NCBI GenBank assembly: GCA_037380845.1
Contig: JARRRI010000028.1
Location: 1-18,082 of the forward strand
Source of the DNA: Candidatus Sulfobium sp.
Lineage (GTDB): Bacteria > Nitrospirota > Thermodesulfovibrionia > Thermodesulfovibrionales > UBA6898
Reading direction: 5' to 3'
Length of the DNA stretch: 18,082 bases
Shown: in pieces, positions 14,948 to 18,082 of the stretch
Layout: the number at the start of each line of letters is the position of its first letter
Numbering within the stretch: the first letter of the stretch is position 1
Notes under the pieces: generated by a model
The model's database searches: none
What the model saw: the letters and a program-made list of their open reading frames with translations, nothing else
What the model was told of the DNA's origin: nothing
Program-made: the position numbers and the translations under genes

Positions 14948-16080
14948 AAGTGATCATTGCAGGAGGCGGAACCGGAGGTCACCTCTTCCCGGGACTGGCG
15001 CTGGCGGAGGAATTCAAGCGGAGGGACGCCGGCAGCGAAATAACGTTTGTGGGAACAGAACACGGCATAGAAGCCCGGATAATCCCCCGCGAGGGATATC
15101 CGATAAAATTTCTGAGGGCAGAAGGTCTGGTAGGGCGTTCTCTTGTGAAAAAGATAAAGACTCTGGTGAAAACGGCATTCTCCCTTCTGGATGCACGCCG
15201 TATCCTCAACTCGGTAAAGCCCGATATCGTAATCGGTGTCGGCGGCTATGCCTCCGGCGCCATTGTCTTTCTGGCAGCATTAAGGTCGATCTCGACTATG
15301 ATCCACGAACAGAATTCGGTGCCGGGACTGACGAACAGAATGCTCGGGAGGATTGTGAACAGGACGTGCGTTACGTATCATGAAAGTCTTCCCTTCTTCC
15401 CAATGGGCAAGGCTTCCCTCACCGGCAACCCGATAAGGGCGCGGATACTGAAGGGAGAAAGGGAAGCAGCCTGCAGGCTTTTTGCGCTGGACAAGTCGGC
15501 CTTCACCGTCTTTGTGTTCGGGGGAAGCGCAGGCGCCAGATCGATAAACAGGGCGGTAGTGGATGCGCTGAACCATCTCATCGACCTTAAGGAAAAGATC
15601 CAGTTTCTGCACCAGACAGGGCAGAAGGACTACGAAAGTGTCAAGGAGGCATATAGAAAAGCCGGCTTCCGCGGGACCGTAGCGCCTTTCATTTACCAGA
15701 TGGCCGAGGCTTACGCCGTTGCCGACGTGGTGATTTCGAGGGCAGGCGCGACCACACTGGCTGAACTTACTGCTCTCGGCAGACCGGCAATACTCGTCCC
15801 TTACCCTTTTGCCGCCGGCCGCCATCAGGAGCTAAACGCCATCAAACTGAAGGAGATGGGTGCGGCCTTCGTTCTCAGGGACAATGAACTTAAAGGTGAA
15901 ACACTCGCGGCAGATATCAGGGAATTACTCGAAAACGATCTCCTGAGGTCAGAAATGAAAAAAGCCGGCAAGGGACTGGGCAGGCCGGATGCCTGCGGCA
16001 GGATTGTCGACATCGCAACAAGTCTGGTGAAGGAAAAAAGCGGTATCGCGGGCTGCATAAGAAGAGGCCGTAATGTTTGA
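14944..16080 (+). CDS. murG: Lipid II GlcNAc transferase MurG
   Basis: GGGTGGH.FP, GGY.S, HEQN, GNPIR, GGS.GA, SRAGA.T..E, HQ..NA; TTG start overlaps the ftsW stop. Confidence 0.98.
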   Translation: MKVIIAGGGTGGHLFPGLALAEEFKRRDAGSEITFVGTEHGIEARIIPREGYPIKFLRAEGLVGRSLVKKIKTLVKTAFSLLDARRILNSVKPDIVIGVGGYASGAIVFLAALRSISTMIHEQNSVPGLTNRMLGRIVNRTCVTYHESLPFFPMGKASLTGNPIRARILKGEREAACRLFALDKSAFTVFVFGGSAGARSINRAVVDALNHLIDLKEKIQFLHQTGQKDYESVKEAYRKAGFRGTVAPFIYQMAEAYAVADVVISRAGATTLAELTALGRPAILVPYPFAAGRHQELNAIKLKEMGAAFVLRDNELKGETLAADIRELLENDLLRSEMKKAGKGLGRPDACGRIVDIATSLVKEKSGIAGCIRRGRNV

Positions 16081-17461
16081 AAAATACAGGGTGATACACT
16101 TTGTGGGAATAGGCGGCATAGGAATGTCGGGTATTGCCGAAGTACTCTGGAACCTGGGTTACGTTGTCACGGGCTCGGACCTAAAAGAATCAGAGACTAC
16201 GACACGTCTGAGGAACATGGGTATGGACGTCCACATCGGCCACAGGGAGGATAATGTGGATTCCGCACATGTGGTCGTGGTTTCGTCGGCGGTATCACAG
16301 GACAATCCGGAAGTCGCGGCCGCAAAGAAACTGTCCGTACCGGTAATTCCCCGCGCTGAAATGCTTGCCGAACTCGCCCGCCTCAAATACGGTATCCTGG
16401 TAGCGGGTTCCCACGGCAAGACCACCACAACTTCACTGGTTTCGACCGTACTTGCCCGGGGCGGCTTCGATCCTACCCTCATAATCGGTGGCAGACTCAA
16501 GGCGATCGGAAGTAATGCAAGGCTCGGAAGGGGGGAATTCCTCGTCGCCGAAGCCGACGAAAGCGACGGCTCGTTTCTCAAGCTCACCCCTACAATTGCC
16601 GTCGTCACCAATATTGACAGGGAACATATGGATTTTTTCGGTGACGTGAAAAGCCTGAAGGATGCCTTTGTTTCATTTATCAACAAGGTCCCTTTTTATG
16701 GGGTCTCTTTTATATGCAATGAAAACAAAAACGTTCAGGAGATTATCCCGTGCATACACAGACGATATCTCACCTATGGACTCTCGGATTCAGCGGATAT
16801 TTATGCCTCCGGCATCGAAAAGGGGTTCATGTACTCCCGCTTTGACGTGATATACGGAGGGACCCTCCTCGGCAGGTTTACGCTGCCAGTCCCGGGTACG
16901 CACAACATCCTCAATGCACTGGCGTGCATAGGAGTCGCCCGCGAGCTGAAGATGGAAACCGTCGCCATACAGGAAGCCCTGGGCTCCTTCGACGGTATCC
17001 AGCGCAGATTCGAATTCAAGGGAGAGGCAAAGGGAGTGAAAGTCTATGACGACTACGGACACCATCCCACCGAGATAAGAGCCTCGATCGAGGCCGCACG
17101 CGAGAACCTGAAATATCTTGGCGGACATTCGAGGCTGCACGTAGTGTTTCAGCCTCACCGCTATAGCCGGACGGCGGATTTGATTGACGAATTCTCCACC
17201 TCCTTTGGAAAGGCCGATACCGTCATAGTTCTGGATATCTATCCGGCCGGGGAAAGCCCTATGGAGGGTATCACGTCTCCTGTCCTCTGCGAAAAGATCA
17301 GAAAGGCCGGAAAGGAGAATGTTTTTTACGCGGGTGACCGTGATCAGGCGGTTGCCCGGGTTGTCAGCGCGACCGGGACCGGCGATATGGTCGTTACCCT
17401 CGGCGCGGGAGATGTCTGGAAAGTCGGGGAGAAAGTGCTGGAGATGCTGAATGGAGCTTAA
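16073..17461 (+). CDS. murC: UDP-MurNAc:L-Ala ligase
   Basis: HFVGIGGIGMSGIA, GSHGKTTTT, EADESDGSF, DDYGHHPTE, FQPHRYSRT. Confidence 0.98.
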   Translation: MFEKYRVIHFVGIGGIGMSGIAEVLWNLGYVVTGSDLKESETTTRLRNMGMDVHIGHREDNVDSAHVVVVSSAVSQDNPEVAAAKKLSVPVIPRAEMLAELARLKYGILVAGSHGKTTTTSLVSTVLARGGFDPTLIIGGRLKAIGSNARLGRGEFLVAEADESDGSFLKLTPTIAVVTNIDREHMDFFGDVKSLKDAFVSFINKVPFYGVSFICNENKNVQEIIPCIHRRYLTYGLSDSADIYASGIEKGFMYSRFDVIYGGTLLGRFTLPVPGTHNILNALACIGVARELKMETVAIQEALGSFDGIQRRFEFKGEAKGVKVYDDYGHHPTEIRASIEAARENLKYLGGHSRLHVVFQPHRYSRTADLIDEFSTSFGKADTVIVLDIYPAGESPMEGITSPVLCEKIRKAGKENVFYAGDRDQAVARVVSATGTGDMVVTLGAGDVWKVGEKVLEMLNGA

Positions 17462-18082
17462 CAGAGAGAACTGGGAGGCTTCGCTGAAAGAGTATTACCG
17501 GGGCGACAGCCGGTTTGGTGAACCCATGAAAAACCATACGAGCCTCGCGATTGGGGGCACGGCGGACGTTCTGACGTCGCCTGAAGACCCTTTGTCGTTC
17601 AGGAATCTGATGGTGGTATTAAAGAAAGAGACTATCCCCTTTTTCCCCCTGGGAGGGGGGACAAACCTGCTCGTGCGGGACGGGGGAATGGAGGGTGTTG
17701 TCATATCCCTGAGGGCCTTCAACAGGATCGAAGTACTCCAGGAGACAGACAATAGTGTGGAGCTCTTTGTGGAAGCCGGTGTCCTGTTGCAGAAGCTCGT
17801 AAATTTCTGTAAGGGGAAAGGATACGCCGGGATTGAGGGGCTTACCGGTATTCCAGGCACGGTCGGGGGCGCCATCTGCGGCAATTCCGGGTCCTTCGGC
17901 TATGAGGTCAGGAATGTGACGGCTTCAGTCGTCATAATGAATTCCGAAGGCCGGCTGGACAGGCATAACGCGGCGGACCTCGCCTTTTCATACAGGAGTT
18001 CCGGCATCTCTCAGAGCGACATCGTTGTGAGTGCAAACCTCAGGTTCCAAAAAGACGCCGCAAAAGAAGTCGCCGCCAGGAC
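17451..18082 (+). CDS. murB: UDP-N-acetylenolpyruvoylglucosamine reductase (3' truncated by window end)
   Basis: Manual translation from ATG 17451: MELNRENW..EPMKNHTSLAIGGTAD..LGGGTNLLVRDGG..GIEGLTGIPGTVGGA..GNSG.FG..FSYRSS. Absent from the ORF track because it has no stop in the window. Confidence 0.95.
   Translation, partial: MELNRENWEASLKEYYRGDSRFGEPMKNHTSLAIGGTADVLTSPEDPLSFRNLMVVLKKETIPFFPLGGGTNLLVRDGGMEGVVISLRAFNRIEVLQETDNSVELFVEAGVLLQKLVNFCKGKGYAGIEGLTGIPGTVGGAICGNSGSFGYEVRNVTASVVIMNSEGRLDRHNAADLAFSYRSSGISQSDIVVSANLRFQKDAAKEVAAR

Noticed and set aside
3484..17884. Many minus-strand and alternate-frame ORFs over the dcw genes
   Set aside because: Shadow ORFs of well-supported plus-strand genes with no recognisable motifs.

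Overview
The window has two parts. 3586-18082 is the 5' portion of an intact dcw (division/cell-wall) operon: sigma70 promoter, MraZ boxes, mraZ-rsmH-ftsL-ftsI-murE-murF-mraY-[S11 D,D-peptidase]-murD-ftsW-murG-murC-murB (truncated). It comes from an mDAP-type, probably diderm bacterium; a Nitrospirota-like origin is my impression only. 1-3500 is a decaying accessory region with a GYD-domain gene, a gene fragment, a frameshifted secreted beta-rich protein and a frameshifted secreted alpha/beta hydrolase. The hydrolase lies in a complete integron gene cassette (2105-3156) with a canonical 63-bp attC and a 12-bp match between the cassette ends. No integrase, attI or second attC is visible, and removing the cassette restores a palindromic target site, which points to a solitary cassette integrated at a secondary chromosomal site. 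Three diverged 42-bp direct repeats (196, 1932, 3211) punctuate the accessory region, and their differences are mostly synonymous in one minus-strand frame. A fold-back element built of 7-bp units sits between mraZ and rsmH, and a similar relic appears to encode the membrane anchor of the extra D,D-peptidase.
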